Assembly (NCBI GenBank): GCA_037443945.1
Contig: JBBINH010000015.1
Span: 4,475-68,474, forward strand
Length of the DNA stretch: 64,000 nt
Reading direction: 5' to 3'
Source of the DNA: Caldilineales bacterium
GTDB lineage: Bacteria; Chloroflexota; Anaerolineae; J102
The translations under genes were made by a program, and so were the position numbers. This document shows positions 1-10,165 of this stretch, piece after piece. Positions within the stretch are counted from its first letter, which is position 1; every line of letters begins with the position of its first letter. Under the pieces are notes generated by a model, which was not told where the DNA came from, did not search any database, and was given only the letters and a program-made list of their open reading frames with translations.

Positions 1-35
1 TGGTGCAGATTTTTCGTCTGTAAGGAGCAAAGCGC

Positions 36-827
36 GTGACAACCGAGCCTTTTGCCGATGATGAGCGTGAGAATGCCGGTCGGGAAGCCGAAACAGCCAC
101 GCCGATGGTGTGGGTGACCTGGCCTCAAGGCGCAGAGCGGCCTTTGGTCACCTATACCATGATGGGTATCAGCCTGGTGGCCTTTGCCCTGCAGATGCTG
201 AGCCGGGGCATCTTGGGTTGGGATCTGCCGGGGCAGTTGGGCATGAAGGCGGCCGAGGCGATCCTAGCCGGGCAATGGTGGCGGCTGCTGACCCCCGTCT
301 GGCTTCATGGCGGGCTTTTGCATCTGGCTTTCAATATGTACGCCCTCTACGTCTTGGGCTCCGAGCTGGAACGTCTATACGGCCATGCCCGTTTTCTGGG
401 CCTGTATCTGCTGGCAGGCTTCGCCGGCAATGTCTTTTCGCTGATCCTGAGCCCGGCCTATTCCCTGGGATCGTCGACGGCCATTTTCGGGCTTTTGGCC
501 GCCTATGCCGTTTTCCTGTATCGCCACCGGGCTTTCCTCGGCGCGCGCGGCCGACCGGCTTTGACCCATATTCTCACCATTGCGGCCGTCAACTTCCTCA
601 TCGGCCTTGCGCCGGGGATCGACAATTGGGGCCATCTCGGCGGCTTTGTGGGCGGATTGGGCTTCGCCTGGTTCGCCGGTCCCCTTTTCCAGATAGAGGT
701 CGTCTCCGGGGATCGCTATACGATGCGCAATCGGGTGGGCAAGGCGCGGGTTTTGCTGGTAAGCCTTGTCCTTTTTGCCGTGATGACCATCCTGGTCATA
801 GGATGGATGGCCGGCCGAGCACCCTAA
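36..827 (+). CDS. Rhomboid-family intramembrane serine protease
   Basis: 263-aa polytopic membrane ORF (GTG start). It carries the rhomboid GxSx serine motif ('GSSTAIFGL') and a downstream His-containing TM helix ('HLGGFVGG'). Codon usage is strongly high-GC. Confidence 0.75.
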   Translation: MTTEPFADDERENAGREAETATPMVWVTWPQGAERPLVTYTMMGISLVAFALQMLSRGILGWDLPGQLGMKAAEAILAGQWWRLLTPVWLHGGLLHLAFNMYALYVLGSELERLYGHARFLGLYLLAGFAGNVFSLILSPAYSLGSSTAIFGLLAAYAVFLYRHRAFLGARGRPALTHILTIAAVNFLIGLAPGIDNWGHLGGFVGGLGFAWFAGPLFQIEVVSGDRYTMRNRVGKARVLLVSLVLFAVMTILVIGWMAGRAP

Positions 828-1360
828 CGGCCGGCGCGGCCGGTCCGTAACCAGCGCCACAGACGCCGCGGCTCATAAAGGCGCTGGTGACGGATATACC
901 AGGCCGCCGCCAGCAAGCCGCCCAGCTCCCAGCCCCACAGCTCCGGTCGGCGGGTGAAGGCAAACCAATAGGCCAGGCGGATATCGCTTTGTTCGCTGCC
1001 CCGTTTCTGCCAGACGTGAAAACGCCAGCCGCGCAAGGGCCAGTAGAAGGTGGCGGGGAAGAACCAGATGCGGTCGAGGAGCAGATGGCCGATGAAAGCC
1101 AGGCCATAGGGCCACCAGGACGGGCGCCGTCGCCACAGATAGAAGGCCAACCCTAGATTGAACACGAGGGTATGGGCAAAGAGCAAGGCCGCCTTGTAAC
1201 GACGGTAGAAGTACAGTGCCGCCAGGGGTTTATCGAGCAAGTCCGGCCCTGTGGCGGCCAGGGCGAGAAGACGGGCATCGAGCTCGGGCAGTTGGGGGAA
1301 CCGACGCCGGAGCTGTTCATAGGCAACCAGGGTGTAGGCGATATGGCTTTGCGGTAACAT
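824..1360 (-). CDS. Membrane-bound metal-dependent hydrolase-like protein (DUF457/YdjM-like)
   Basis: Trp/Arg-rich hydrophobic protein starting at an internal Met ('MLPQSHIAY'). It has a 'GPDLLDKP' segment resembling the DUF457 PDxD motif. The 5' extension of the ORF is probably not translated. Confidence 0.45.
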   Translation of the reverse strand: MLPQSHIAYTLVAYEQLRRRFPQLPELDARLLALAATGPDLLDKPLAALYFYRRYKAALLFAHTLVFNLGLAFYLWRRRPSWWPYGLAFIGHLLLDRIWFFPATFYWPLRGWRFHVWQKRGSEQSDIRLAYWFAFTRRPELWGWELGGLLAAAWYIRHQRLYEPRRLWRWLRTGRAGR

Positions 1361-1756
1361 GGCGAGGCAACGGGGGACACAAGCCGTCGTGACGAGGATG
1401 GAAGGTCGCCGCGCGGGTTTCTGAGGAGCGGCAAGCCGGTTTGGGGGATCGTGACAACGACCAAGAGGCAAGAACCATCTATAGGGGCATTACCTCCCTG
1501 TCGCGGTCTCCGGCGGCAAGGCACAGGAGGCCATTTTAGCAGAGTTCGGCAGAATCCCGCGTGCCCCTATGACCATGGCACGTATGTCCCGCACGCTGCC
1601 GGTATCCCCTTTCTGGGCGCGGTGGTCACAAATCCGCCCCGGCACGACGCGGCCATTCCTCGGCCCTCATCGGCAACGAACGGCGGACACCATGGCTGCC
1701 GCTATCGAACCGCAACTTGACGAGGGGTCTTGGCCACCGACGAAGTCGGGCTTGCC

Positions 1757-4717
1757 TCAACCGGCCACTCCGGCCTGGCGCAAGGCCCGCCATACCCGCT
1801 CCGGAGTGAAGGGGATCTGGCGGATGCGCACACCCGTGGCGTTGTAGATGGCATTGGCCAGCGCGGGTGCCACGCCGTCTTTCGGGATTTCGGCGATGGC
1901 CTTGGCGCCAAAGGGGCCGGTCGGTTCCAAGGTTTGCACCAGGGTGACGGCCAGTTTGGGCATCTCGTCGGCGCGATAGATTTTGTAGGGGCCGAGCCGG
2001 GGATTGAGCAGGCGCCCTTGCGCGTCGTAGACCATTTCCTCGCAATGGGCATAGCCCAGAGCCTGGGTCATGCCGCCTTCGACCTGACCGGTGGCCGTGA
2101 GCGGATTGATGGCCACGCCGCAGTCCACGGCCATGGCCAATTGCGTAACCGTGACCTGGCCTGTCTCGATATCCACCTCCACTTCGGCGAACTGGGCGCC
2201 AAAAGGTGGCGGCGAATCGGGCGAGACATAGGAGGCGCTGGCCATGAACTGGCGCTGATGGGCTTGATGCAGCGCGTGCAGGGCGATTTCGGCCAGCGAG
2301 AGCGAACGACCATCGGGCGCCCAAGCCCGGCGATCGCGCAAAACGATACCACTCTCATCGGCCAAACCGAGCATCAGCGCTGCCCGCTCCCGGATCTGCG
2401 CGGCCAGGTCTTCGGCGGCCTTCTTCACGGCCGTACCCGAGATATAGGTCGTGCTGGAGGCATAGGCGCCCACATCGAAGGGGGTCAGGTCGGTGTCGGA
2501 GGAGTAGACAATGATATCTTCCAGGGGGACCCCCAAGACCTCGGCGGCAATCTGGGCCAGCACCGTATCGGCGCCGGTACCCAGATCGGTGGCGCCGATC
2601 AACAGGTTGAAACTGCCGTCGTCGTTGATTTTGATGCTGGCGGCGCCCATATCGAGGCCGGGAATGGCCGTGCCGTGCATGCAGACGGCCATGCCGATCC
2701 CGCGACGGATGTGAGGCCGGTCCGGCGGCGCCTTCCACAATGGGTCCTGACGACGCTCCCAGCCGATGGCCTGCATGCCCTGGACGACGCATTCGCTCAG
2801 GCCGCTGCTCTGCACCACGGGTACCACGATGGTGTCGCTCTCCCGTTCACCCAGATAGGGCGCGATGTTGAGGGGATCGCCGACCTTCACCCAGTTCTTG
2901 CGTTTGAACGCGATGACGTCCATGCCCAGAGCCTCGGCGATCTCCTCCATGTGGCTTTCGAGGGCGAAATGGGCCTGGGGCGCGCCGTAGCCGCGGTAGG
3001 CTCCGGCTACCGGACGGTTGGTATAGACGACCAGGCATTCGAATTCCTTGTTCGGGCAGTTGTAGGTGCTCAATCCGCGCAGACCGGTCACGGTCTGCAC
3101 CGTAAGCCCATGGGTGGCATAGGCGCCGGTGTTGCCGATTACCGTCATCTTCATGGCCACCAGGGTGCCGTCCTTCTTGACGCCGGTCTTGTAGTGAATG
3201 GTCTGGGCATGGCGCGAGCGCGAGGATCTGAACTCCTCCTCGCGGCTCAGCTCCAGGCGAACGGGCCGCCCCGTGGCGATGACCAGATGTCCGACGATGT
3301 CCTCGATGAGCATCTCCTGCTTGGCGCCGAAGCCGCCACCGATGCGGGGTTTGATCACGCGAATCCGTTTGACGGGCAAGCCCAAAAGAGGCGCCACCAT
3401 GCGCCGCACATGGAAAGGCACCTGGGTGGACGTGCGCAACACCAGCCGCTCATCGGCGTCCCAGTAGCCGATGCAGATGTGCGGTTCGATGGGCACCTGT
3501 TGCACCTGATGGACCCGGTAGGTGTGCTCGAACACATAATCGGCCTCGGCGAAGCCCTTTTCCACATCGCCCACGGCGGCATGGATGCGATGGGAGATGT
3601 TATGCGCCGCGTCGTAGGCGCCTTCCATATCCGGTTCATCGTGGATGACGGGCGCGCCTTCCTTGATGGCCTCGTTTTCGTCGAAGACGGCCGGCAGGAC
3701 CTCGTAGGTCACGCGGATCCGTTTGATGGCCTCGGCTGCGATCTCCGGCGTTTCGGCGGCAACGGCCGCCACGCGATCGCCCACATGACGCACCTTGTTG
3801 TCGAAACTGACCTGGTCCCACGGTTTGGGATTGGGGTAGGATTGACCGCCGGAGGCATAGCGCACCCGCGGGATGTTTTTGTAATGAATCATGGCATGGA
3901 CGCCGGGCAAGGCACGCGCCTCGCTGTCGTCGATATCGAGGATTCGCGCATGCGCATGCGGACTCGTCAGGAGCTTGGCATGCAGCATACCCCGGATCTC
4001 AAAATCGTCCACAAAGGCCGGGTTGCCTTTGACCAGTTTGAGGGCATCGACCTTGACTTCGGGCTTGCCCACGACGCGCAGTTCCCGGAAAGGGGGCGCC
4101 ACGATGAACTTGGGCAGGGTCCGCGTGGCCGTGGTCGTAGGGCCGCCGCTGCCGACATCGGGCATTTCCTCCTCCCCGCCTACAGGCCCCCCTCCCTCAT
4201 CGGCGCCGGGTAGGGGCATCGGGGTTAGCACGTTGGGTTCAAAGACGGGCGGCTCTTCCCCGCGCAGGATGGCCGCGGCCTGCATAATGGCCTGTACCGG
4301 TTTGAGATAGCCTGTCTCGCGGTCGAGGATGCCGGATAGGGTATCGCGGATCTCCTCTTCGGTGGGATTGGGGTTGCGGTCCAGCAAGGCCTTGGCCGCC
4401 AGGACCATGGCCGGCGTGTTATAGCCCGACTGAATGGCGCCGGTGCGCATGAAGGCTTCCTGGATGGGATGCAATTGGGTTCCGCGCGACAGGCCCTCGA
4501 CCGTCTCGATGCTGTGGCCGTCGGCCTGGGCCGCCAGGAGGATATCGGCGCTGACAAGACGGCCATCGAGCAGGATGGCGGCGGCGCCGGTTTCGCCGGT
4601 ATCGGAACCATAGCGCAGGCTATAGTAACCGGCACGGCGGAGCACGACGCGCAGGTTCTCATGGGGTTGGCAGGTCAGCGTTTTGGCTTCACCGTTGATG
4701 GTCACATGGATTTCCAT
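1757..4717 (-). CDS. Xanthine dehydrogenase/aldehyde oxidase family protein: [2Fe-2S]-like small-subunit domain fused to a molybdopterin-binding large subunit
   Basis: The N-terminal ~150 aa align in pattern to CoxS-type ferredoxin subunits ('...INGE...LLDGR...SGYNTPAM...RETGY'). The remainder shows large-subunit hallmarks ('RIGGGFGAKQEM' Mo-cofactor motif) at roughly the right size. Start is placed at ATG 4717 ('MEIHVTINGE'), preceded by GAGAGG. Confidence 0.85.
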   Translation of the reverse strand: MEIHVTINGEAKTLTCQPHENLRVVLRRAGYYSLRYGSDTGETGAAAILLDGRLVSADILLAAQADGHSIETVEGLSRGTQLHPIQEAFMRTGAIQSGYNTPAMVLAAKALLDRNPNPTEEEIRDTLSGILDRETGYLKPVQAIMQAAAILRGEEPPVFEPNVLTPMPLPGADEGGGPVGGEEEMPDVGSGGPTTTATRTLPKFIVAPPFRELRVVGKPEVKVDALKLVKGNPAFVDDFEIRGMLHAKLLTSPHAHARILDIDDSEARALPGVHAMIHYKNIPRVRYASGGQSYPNPKPWDQVSFDNKVRHVGDRVAAVAAETPEIAAEAIKRIRVTYEVLPAVFDENEAIKEGAPVIHDEPDMEGAYDAAHNISHRIHAAVGDVEKGFAEADYVFEHTYRVHQVQQVPIEPHICIGYWDADERLVLRTSTQVPFHVRRMVAPLLGLPVKRIRVIKPRIGGGFGAKQEMLIEDIVGHLVIATGRPVRLELSREEEFRSSRSRHAQTIHYKTGVKKDGTLVAMKMTVIGNTGAYATHGLTVQTVTGLRGLSTYNCPNKEFECLVVYTNRPVAGAYRGYGAPQAHFALESHMEEIAEALGMDVIAFKRKNWVKVGDPLNIAPYLGERESDTIVVPVVQSSGLSECVVQGMQAIGWERRQDPLWKAPPDRPHIRRGIGMAVCMHGTAIPGLDMGAASIKINDDGSFNLLIGATDLGTGADTVLAQIAAEVLGVPLEDIIVYSSDTDLTPFDVGAYASSTTYISGTAVKKAAEDLAAQIRERAALMLGLADESGIVLRDRRAWAPDGRSLSLAEIALHALHQAHQRQFMASASYVSPDSPPPFGAQFAEVEVDIETGQVTVTQLAMAVDCGVAINPLTATGQVEGGMTQALGYAHCEEMVYDAQGRLLNPRLGPYKIYRADEMPKLAVTLVQTLEPTGPFGAKAIAEIPKDGVAPALANAIYNATGVRIRQIPFTPERVWRALRQAGVAG

Positions 4718-4736
4718 GGTCAACCTCTCTTCGCAC

Positions 4737-5474
4737 TCAGGACAGACGGGCAAGAACGCGGCGGGTGAGGACAACGGCCATCTCACGACGGTATTCGCGA
4801 CTTCCGCGAAAATCGCCCGGCGGCTCCAGGGTAGCTACCTGCTCGGGCGCAACAAGAATGGGCGTTTTGGCCACACCGCACAAGGCCAGGCGGATGTCGC
4901 CTTCCGGTGTCTTGCGGGCCACGGCGGCCACGATGGGCGTATCGGCCGGGGTGCGTGCGACCCGCTCGGCTGCGGCCAGGCCCGTTGTGGCCACCTTCAC
5001 CGCGGTGAGGATGCCGCTGGACAGGGCCGTCGGACCATCGGCCAGAAAAGCGGCTAGCGTCAGGGTGCGGCTGCCGGCCGACGTTTGTACCGTCACCTCG
5101 GTATCGAAGACGAGCAGCGCGGCCAGCAGCTCGCTCTCCGGATCGGCGCAGACGATGGCCCCGCCCACCGTGCCCTGATGACGGAAGGTATTCGGCCCTT
5201 CACGATGGGCGGCCTGACGCAGCACCGGTGGGGCGGCATCGAGTTCGACCAGGGTCTGCACACGCGTCATGGCTCCTATGTGCAGATAGCCATCGGCCAG
5301 AAGCACGTTGTCCAGACCCAAAGCCTGCAGATCCACCACCTCGTCTACCCCTTCGGCATGAGCATTGAGATACGTCCCCCCGGCGAGGACGGCCGTGGTA
5401 ACCCCCGGCCGAGCCAGCAATTGCAATGCTTCGCTCAGGCTTGTGGGGCGATAATAGGCACGAATGACTCCCAT
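4737..5474 (-). CDS. Xanthine dehydrogenase family FAD-binding subunit (CoxM/XdhB-like)
   Basis: 245 aa from the internal start '[20 protein letters not shown]' with an AAAGGAG RBS. It has the typical FAD_binding_5 opening ('VLAGGT') and a CO-dehydrogenase flavoprotein C-domain-like tail. It lies 19 nt upstream of the fused small/large subunit gene. Confidence 0.8.
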   Translation of the reverse strand: MGVIRAYYRPTSLSEALQLLARPGVTTAVLAGGTYLNAHAEGVDEVVDLQALGLDNVLLADGYLHIGAMTRVQTLVELDAAPPVLRQAAHREGPNTFRHQGTVGGAIVCADPESELLAALLVFDTEVTVQTSAGSRTLTLAAFLADGPTALSSGILTAVKVATTGLAAAERVARTPADTPIVAAVARKTPEGDIRLALCGVAKTPILVAPEQVATLEPPGDFRGSREYRREMAVVLTRRVLARLS

Positions 5475-5715
5475 GGCATGCTCCTTTGCATACGATAGCG
5501 ATGGCAAACATCGACAAGACCGACGCGTTGCGATACTCAGTGTAACACAGGAACGACCCGAACGGATCATCCGGGGTGGAAGCCGTGCACGCTTCTTCAC
5601 AGGCTCCGGTTCCGTTTGGGCGATCGAGTTTTTCGGCGTTACACTAGGGCCGGCGTCCAAAGGTGGATGCCACGGTTATCCTGTTTTCACCCTAAATTGC
5701 GGGAGGCTGATTATG

Positions 5716-6291
5716 GCTAAGAAGATTTTGATGCTCGTCGGTGATTACGTTGAAGACTACGAAGTCATGGTTCCCTTCCAAGCCCTGCTAGCGCTAGGCT
5801 ACGAAGTGCATGCGGTGTGCCCGGATAAGAAGGCAGGCGATATCTGCCGTACAGCCGTGCATGACTTCGAGGGCGATCAGACCTATAGCGAGAAGCGCGG
5901 GCACAACTTCCGGCTGAATGCCACCTTCGCCGAGGTGGATGAGACCCAATACGATGCCCTGGTCATCCCCGGCGGCCGTGCGCCCGAATACATCCGCCTG
6001 AACCCGCGCGTGCTCGAGATCACCCGACATTTTGCCCAGGCCGAAAAGCCCATTGCCGCCATCTGTCATGGCGCGCAGGTGCTGGCCGCGGCCGGCGTGA
6101 TCGACGGCCTGACCTGCACGGCCTATCCGGCTGTGGCTCCGGATGTGACCCGGGCCGGCGGCAAGTATGTGGATGTCCCGGTCGATCAGGCCGTGACCGA
6201 TGGTGTGCTGGTGACGGCACCGGCCTGGCCGGCCCATCCGCAATGGCTGGCCCAGTTCCTCAAGGTCCTGGGGGCCAAGATCGAGATCTGA
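5716..6291 (+). CDS. DJ-1/PfpI family protein (type 1 glutamine amidotransferase-like)
   Basis: Start '[17 protein letters not shown]' with a GGGAGG RBS. Conserved nucleophile elbow 'AICHGAQVL' and 'VIPGG'. About 191 aa. Confidence 0.85.
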   Translation, partial: AKKILMLVGDYVEDYEVMVPFQALLALGYEVHAVCPDKKAGDICRTAVHDFEGDQTYSEKRGHNFRLNATFAEVDETQYDALVIPGGRAPEYIRLNPRVLEITRHFAQAEKPIAAICHGAQVLAAAGVIDGLTCTAYPAVAPDVTRAGGKYVDVPVDQAVTDGVLVTAPAWPAHPQWLAQFLKVLGAKIEI

Positions 6292-6311
6292 ACATCCGCT
6301 GTCGCCCTCAT

Positions 6312-6348
6312 CGGCCCCCGGTCGCCCCGCCGGGGGCTTTTTTGTGGG
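6312..6348 (+). terminator. Rho-independent terminator downstream of the DJ-1 family gene
   Basis: GC-rich inverted repeat 'cccccggtcgccccgccggggg' followed by a 'cttttttgt' U-tract. Confidence 0.6.
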
Positions 6349-6488
6349 ATGGCCGGCACCCCGATCCGGCGGGATAGCATCAAAGCCCTGCCGGTTTGCC
6401 TGCCTGCGAAGAAAGCCGTAAGATTGACCAGGGGCTTGTTGTGTGAACGGCATGCCCATACGTCAGTTTCCTCCTCGTCGTCCTGTCC

Positions 6489-8024
6489 ATGAGCACCGTA
6501 CGCGTCCGTTTTGCTCCCAGTCCTACCGGTTATCTCCACATCGGTGGCGCCCGCACGGCCCTGTTCAATTGGCTCTATGCCCGGCACACCGGCGGCACGT
6601 TCGTCCTGCGCATCGAAGATACCGATCGCTCCCGTTTTGTCCCCGGTTCCCTGGAGGACATCTTCACCAGCCTGCGCTGGCTGGGCCTCGATTGGGACGA
6701 AGGCCCCGAAGTCGGTGGGCCCTATGGGCCTTATTACCAATCGGAGCGATTACCCCTGTATCGGCAATGGGCCGACTGGCTGGTCGCCCACGGCAAGGCC
6801 TATCGCTGCTATTGCACGCCCGCCGAACTGGAGCAGATGCGAGAAGCCCAACGCGCCCGCAAGCAAGAAACAACCGGCTACGACCGCCGTTGTCGCCATC
6901 TTAGCCCGGCAGAGCGGGCCGCACGCGAGGCCGAAGGACGTCCCTGGGTCGTTCGTCTGGCCGTGCCCGAAACGGGCCAGGTGACCTTTCACGACGCCAT
7001 TCGCGGGGATATCACCTTCGACAATGCCCGGCTGCAAGACGTCATCTTGCTCAAGAGCGACGGCTGGCCCACCTATCATCTCGCCAACGTCGTGGACGAC
7101 CACTTTATGGCCATCACCCACATCCTGCGCGGGGATGAATGGCTTTCGTCTGTGCCGCTCCACTGGCATCTCTATGCGGCCTTTGGTTGGGAGCCGCCGG
7201 TATGGGCGCATTTGCCCGTCATTCTCAATCCGAACGGTCAGGGCAAAATGTCGAAACGGGAGATCATCATGCCCGACGGGCTGGTGGTACCCGTCTTCAT
7301 CCATCAGTATCGCGAGATGGGCTATTTGCCGGAGGCCATGTTCAACTTTTTGTGTGGGGTGGGCTGGGCCCTCGACGGCTTTACCGAAATCTACGACCGC
7401 GCCACGGCCATCGCCGCCTTCGACATTGCCCATGTCCAGGCCTCGCCCGGTGCTTTCCCCGCCGACAAGCTGGAATGGATGAACGGCGTGTATATCCGTC
7501 GGCTGGCGCCCGACGATCTGCTGGAACGCCTGTTGCCCTATCTCGCCCGCAGCCTTGACCAACCCATCGAAGTGCTGCGTCAACACGAGGGTTTGCGTCT
7601 GCTCTTGCCTTTCGTGCAAGAACGCATCAAAAAGCTGAGCGAAGCGGCCGACTACGTGGACTACCTGTTCCGCCGGGAGATCGTCGTCCCCGATCCGGCA
7701 GAACTGATCCCCAACGGCATGACGGCGGAGACCATGGCCACGGCCCTGGAGCGGGCCGCACAGACGCTGGAGGCCCTGCCGGCGTGGGAGGAACAGGCCA
7801 TCGAGACGGCCCTGCGCGACCTGGTGGCGACGCTGGGACTGAAATCGGGACAGCTCTTCGGGGCCATTCGCCTGGCCACAACCGGGAAAAAGGTCTCACC
7901 GCCTCTTTTCGTCACCCTCCAGGCCATCGGCCGTGAGCAGGTGTGCGCGCGACTAGCCGCGGCGGTGGCCGGTCTCAGAGCCAGGGGCCGAGGGCCAACG
8001 GCCGCGGTCCTGGGCGAGGCGTAG
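6489..8024 (+). CDS. gltX: Glutamate--tRNA ligase
   Basis: N-terminus 'RVRFAPSPTGYLHIGGARTALFNW' (HIGH motif) and 'KMSKR' (KMSKS motif). 511 aa with a class I aaRS catalytic domain and anticodon-binding tail. Confidence 0.95.
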   Translation: MSTVRVRFAPSPTGYLHIGGARTALFNWLYARHTGGTFVLRIEDTDRSRFVPGSLEDIFTSLRWLGLDWDEGPEVGGPYGPYYQSERLPLYRQWADWLVAHGKAYRCYCTPAELEQMREAQRARKQETTGYDRRCRHLSPAERAAREAEGRPWVVRLAVPETGQVTFHDAIRGDITFDNARLQDVILLKSDGWPTYHLANVVDDHFMAITHILRGDEWLSSVPLHWHLYAAFGWEPPVWAHLPVILNPNGQGKMSKREIIMPDGLVVPVFIHQYREMGYLPEAMFNFLCGVGWALDGFTEIYDRATAIAAFDIAHVQASPGAFPADKLEWMNGVYIRRLAPDDLLERLLPYLARSLDQPIEVLRQHEGLRLLLPFVQERIKKLSEAADYVDYLFRREIVVPDPAELIPNGMTAETMATALERAAQTLEALPAWEEQAIETALRDLVATLGLKSGQLFGAIRLATTGKKVSPPLFVTLQAIGREQVCARLAAAVAGLRARGRGPTAAVLGEA

Positions 8025-8048
8025 CGGCGAGGACTGCCATCCGCCGAT

Positions 8049-8081
8049 TGAGATTTTGGCCGGACGAGCGAGTATAATAAG
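8049..8081 (+). promoter_or_regulatory. Candidate sigma70-type promoter upstream of the ChlI-like gene
   Basis: 'TTGAGA' -35-like hexamer and a perfect 'TATAAT' about 19 nt downstream. It sits in the AT-richer gltX/chlI spacer. Confidence 0.35.
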
Positions 8082-8121
8082 GTGACATCCTGGTTCCCTA
8101 CTTTGGAGTTTTTTTCCTGCT

Positions 8122-9264
8122 ATGCCCAAGGTTTATCCCTTCACCGCCATTGTCGGCCAGGAGCGCATGAAGCGGGCGCTCATCCTCAATGCCATCAACC
8201 CCCAGATCGGCGGCGTGCTCATCCGTGGGGAGCGGGGCACGGCCAAATCCACTACCGCACGTGGCCTGGCCGCCCTATTGCCCGAAATCGAAGTCGTGGC
8301 CGATTGCAAATTCGGCTGCGATCCCGATCAACCCGTCTTTCTGTGCACCGAATGCCAGGAGCGTCTGGAACGCGAAGGCACACTGCCGGTCACCAAACGC
8401 CGCATCCGCTTTGTGGATCTGCCCGTCAGCGCCACCGAAGACCGCGTTGTCGGCACCCTGGACATCGAAAAGGCCATCAAAAAAGGCGAACGCCATTTCG
8501 AGCCGGGCATTCTGGCTGCGGCCAATCGGGGTCTGTTGTACGTGGATGAGGTCAACCTCCTCGACGACCATGTGGTGGACCTGCTCCTCGATTCGGCTGC
8601 GATGGGGGTCAATGTGGTCGAACGCGAAGGCATCAGCTTTCAACATCCGGCCGCCTTCATTCTGGTCGGCACGATGAACCCGGAAGAGGGTGATCTGCGG
8701 CCCCAGCTGCTCGACCGTTTTGCCCATGCCGTCGATATCGAGGGCATTTCCGATCCGGCGGCCCGTGTCGAGATCGTGCGGCGACGTTTGGCTTATGACC
8801 GGGACCCCGAAGGGTTCTACGAGGAATGGGCCGAGCATGAGCGCCAGCTTTCCGAAGAAATCGAGCGCGCCCGCAAGCGTCTGCCCATGGTGCGCTATAC
8901 CGATCGCGACATTTTCCTCATCGCCCATCTCACGTCGTCCTTCCATGTGGACGGCCATCGTGCCGATATCGTCATCCTGAAAACGGCGCTTGCCAACGCA
9001 GCCTTCGAGGGGCGATTGGAGATCAACGAGCACGATATCCTGATCGGGGCTGAACTGGCTCTGCCCCATCGTCTCAAGCGGCAACCTTTCCAGGATGCCA
9101 GTTTGCAACCGCAGCAGCTCCAGCAGCGCATGGAAGAGGCCCAGCGCCAGGCCGATATGCGGCAATGGCAGACGGCCGAGGCTGCCGGTGACGACGTAAA
9201 AAAAAAGACCGTGAGCGAGAAGGCGAGGATCTCGGTGATGACACCGCCGGATCGCCCGATCTGA
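8122..9264 (+). CDS. Mg-chelatase subunit I-like AAA+ ATPase (ChlI/BchI family)
   Basis: 'PFTAIVGQERMKRALILNAINPQIGGVLIRGERGTAKST' matches the ChlI/BchI N-terminus. Walker B is 'LLYVDEVNLL', with the arginine-finger region and typical C-terminal helical domain. Confidence 0.85.
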   Translation: MPKVYPFTAIVGQERMKRALILNAINPQIGGVLIRGERGTAKSTTARGLAALLPEIEVVADCKFGCDPDQPVFLCTECQERLEREGTLPVTKRRIRFVDLPVSATEDRVVGTLDIEKAIKKGERHFEPGILAAANRGLLYVDEVNLLDDHVVDLLLDSAAMGVNVVEREGISFQHPAAFILVGTMNPEEGDLRPQLLDRFAHAVDIEGISDPAARVEIVRRRLAYDRDPEGFYEEWAEHERQLSEEIERARKRLPMVRYTDRDIFLIAHLTSSFHVDGHRADIVILKTALANAAFEGRLEINEHDILIGAELALPHRLKRQPFQDASLQPQQLQQRMEEAQRQADMRQWQTAEAAGDDVKKKTVSEKARISVMTPPDRPI

Positions 9265-10160
9265 TGGAGCGGCATTCGGACCGGGATGGGACTCGGCCCG
9301 GTGAGAGAAAGGCGCCGATGCGTCCGGTGCAAGTCGGGGATACCTTCAAGGTCAAGCGCCTGGATACGCCCCTGGATAAATTGACCCGCGCCAAAGGCGG
9401 CCGCCGTTCGTCCACGCAAACCAAGCGCAAACGCGGGCGTTACGTGCGGGCGCGTCCGGCCCACGACCGCCTGGACGACATCGCTTTCGATGCCACCCTG
9501 CGCCAGGCAGCCGTTCAGCAGATCCACCGGCAGCGGGACGACGTCGCTTTTGCCGTCGAGCGGGAGGATTTGCAGCGCAAGGTGCGGGTGCGCCGCGCCG
9601 CCAATCTCATCCTCTTTGTGGTCGATGCCTCGTGGTCGATGGCGGCGGCCGAGCGCATGGAGGCGACCAAGGGTGCGGTCATGTCCCTGCTCATCGACGC
9701 CTACCAGCGCCGCGATCAGGTAGGCCTGGTTGTCTTCCAGAAAGACAAGGCGCGCGTGGTGTTGCCGCCCACCTCTAGTGTGGAACTGGCGCAAAAAGCC
9801 CTGCGCGAGGTGCCGGTAGGCGGGAAAACGCCCCTCTCGTCCGGTCTGTTGGTGGCCTACCAGGTGATCCTGGCCGCACGACGCCGCGATCAGGAGACCC
9901 GCCCCTTGATGATCCTCCTCACCGATGGCGCCGGCAACGTGAGCATGACCGGTATGCCGGCTCAGGAAGAGGCGCTGCGCATGGCCGAGCTGTTCAAACA
10001 GGCTCACATCCGCACAGTGACCATCAACATGGAGCATCAAGCCTTCGACCGCGGGCTGGCCCAACAGTTGGCCGATGCCCTGGGGGGGCCGTGCTATAAC
10101 CTGCCCGAACTGCGCGCCGAATCGCTGGTCAAGACCGTGCGTCTGGAAATGGAGCGCTGA
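9264..10160 (+). CDS. von Willebrand factor A domain protein (BchD C-terminal-like partner of the ChlI-like ATPase)
   Basis: VWA MIDAS signature 'FVVDASWSMAA' (DxSxS), then 'LLTDGAGN'. Its start overlaps the upstream stop (TGATG). Confidence 0.8.
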   Translation: MERHSDRDGTRPGERKAPMRPVQVGDTFKVKRLDTPLDKLTRAKGGRRSSTQTKRKRGRYVRARPAHDRLDDIAFDATLRQAAVQQIHRQRDDVAFAVEREDLQRKVRVRRAANLILFVVDASWSMAAAERMEATKGAVMSLLIDAYQRRDQVGLVVFQKDKARVVLPPTSSVELAQKALREVPVGGKTPLSSGLLVAYQVILAARRRDQETRPLMILLTDGAGNVSMTGMPAQEEALRMAELFKQAHIRTVTINMEHQAFDRGLAQQLADALGGPCYNLPELRAESLVKTVRLEMER

Positions 10161-10165
10161 GCCCC

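Noticed and set aside
1730-4213. 827-aa plus-strand ORF
   Set aside because: It lies antisense within the XDH-family gene and its product is low-complexity (Gly/Ala/Arg/His-rich). It is a typical high-GC shadow ORF.
8122-9264. Photosynthetic bchI call
   Set aside because: No other bacteriochlorophyll genes are in the window and the partner lacks the BchD AAA half. I kept it as a ChlI-like ATPase of unknown substrate.
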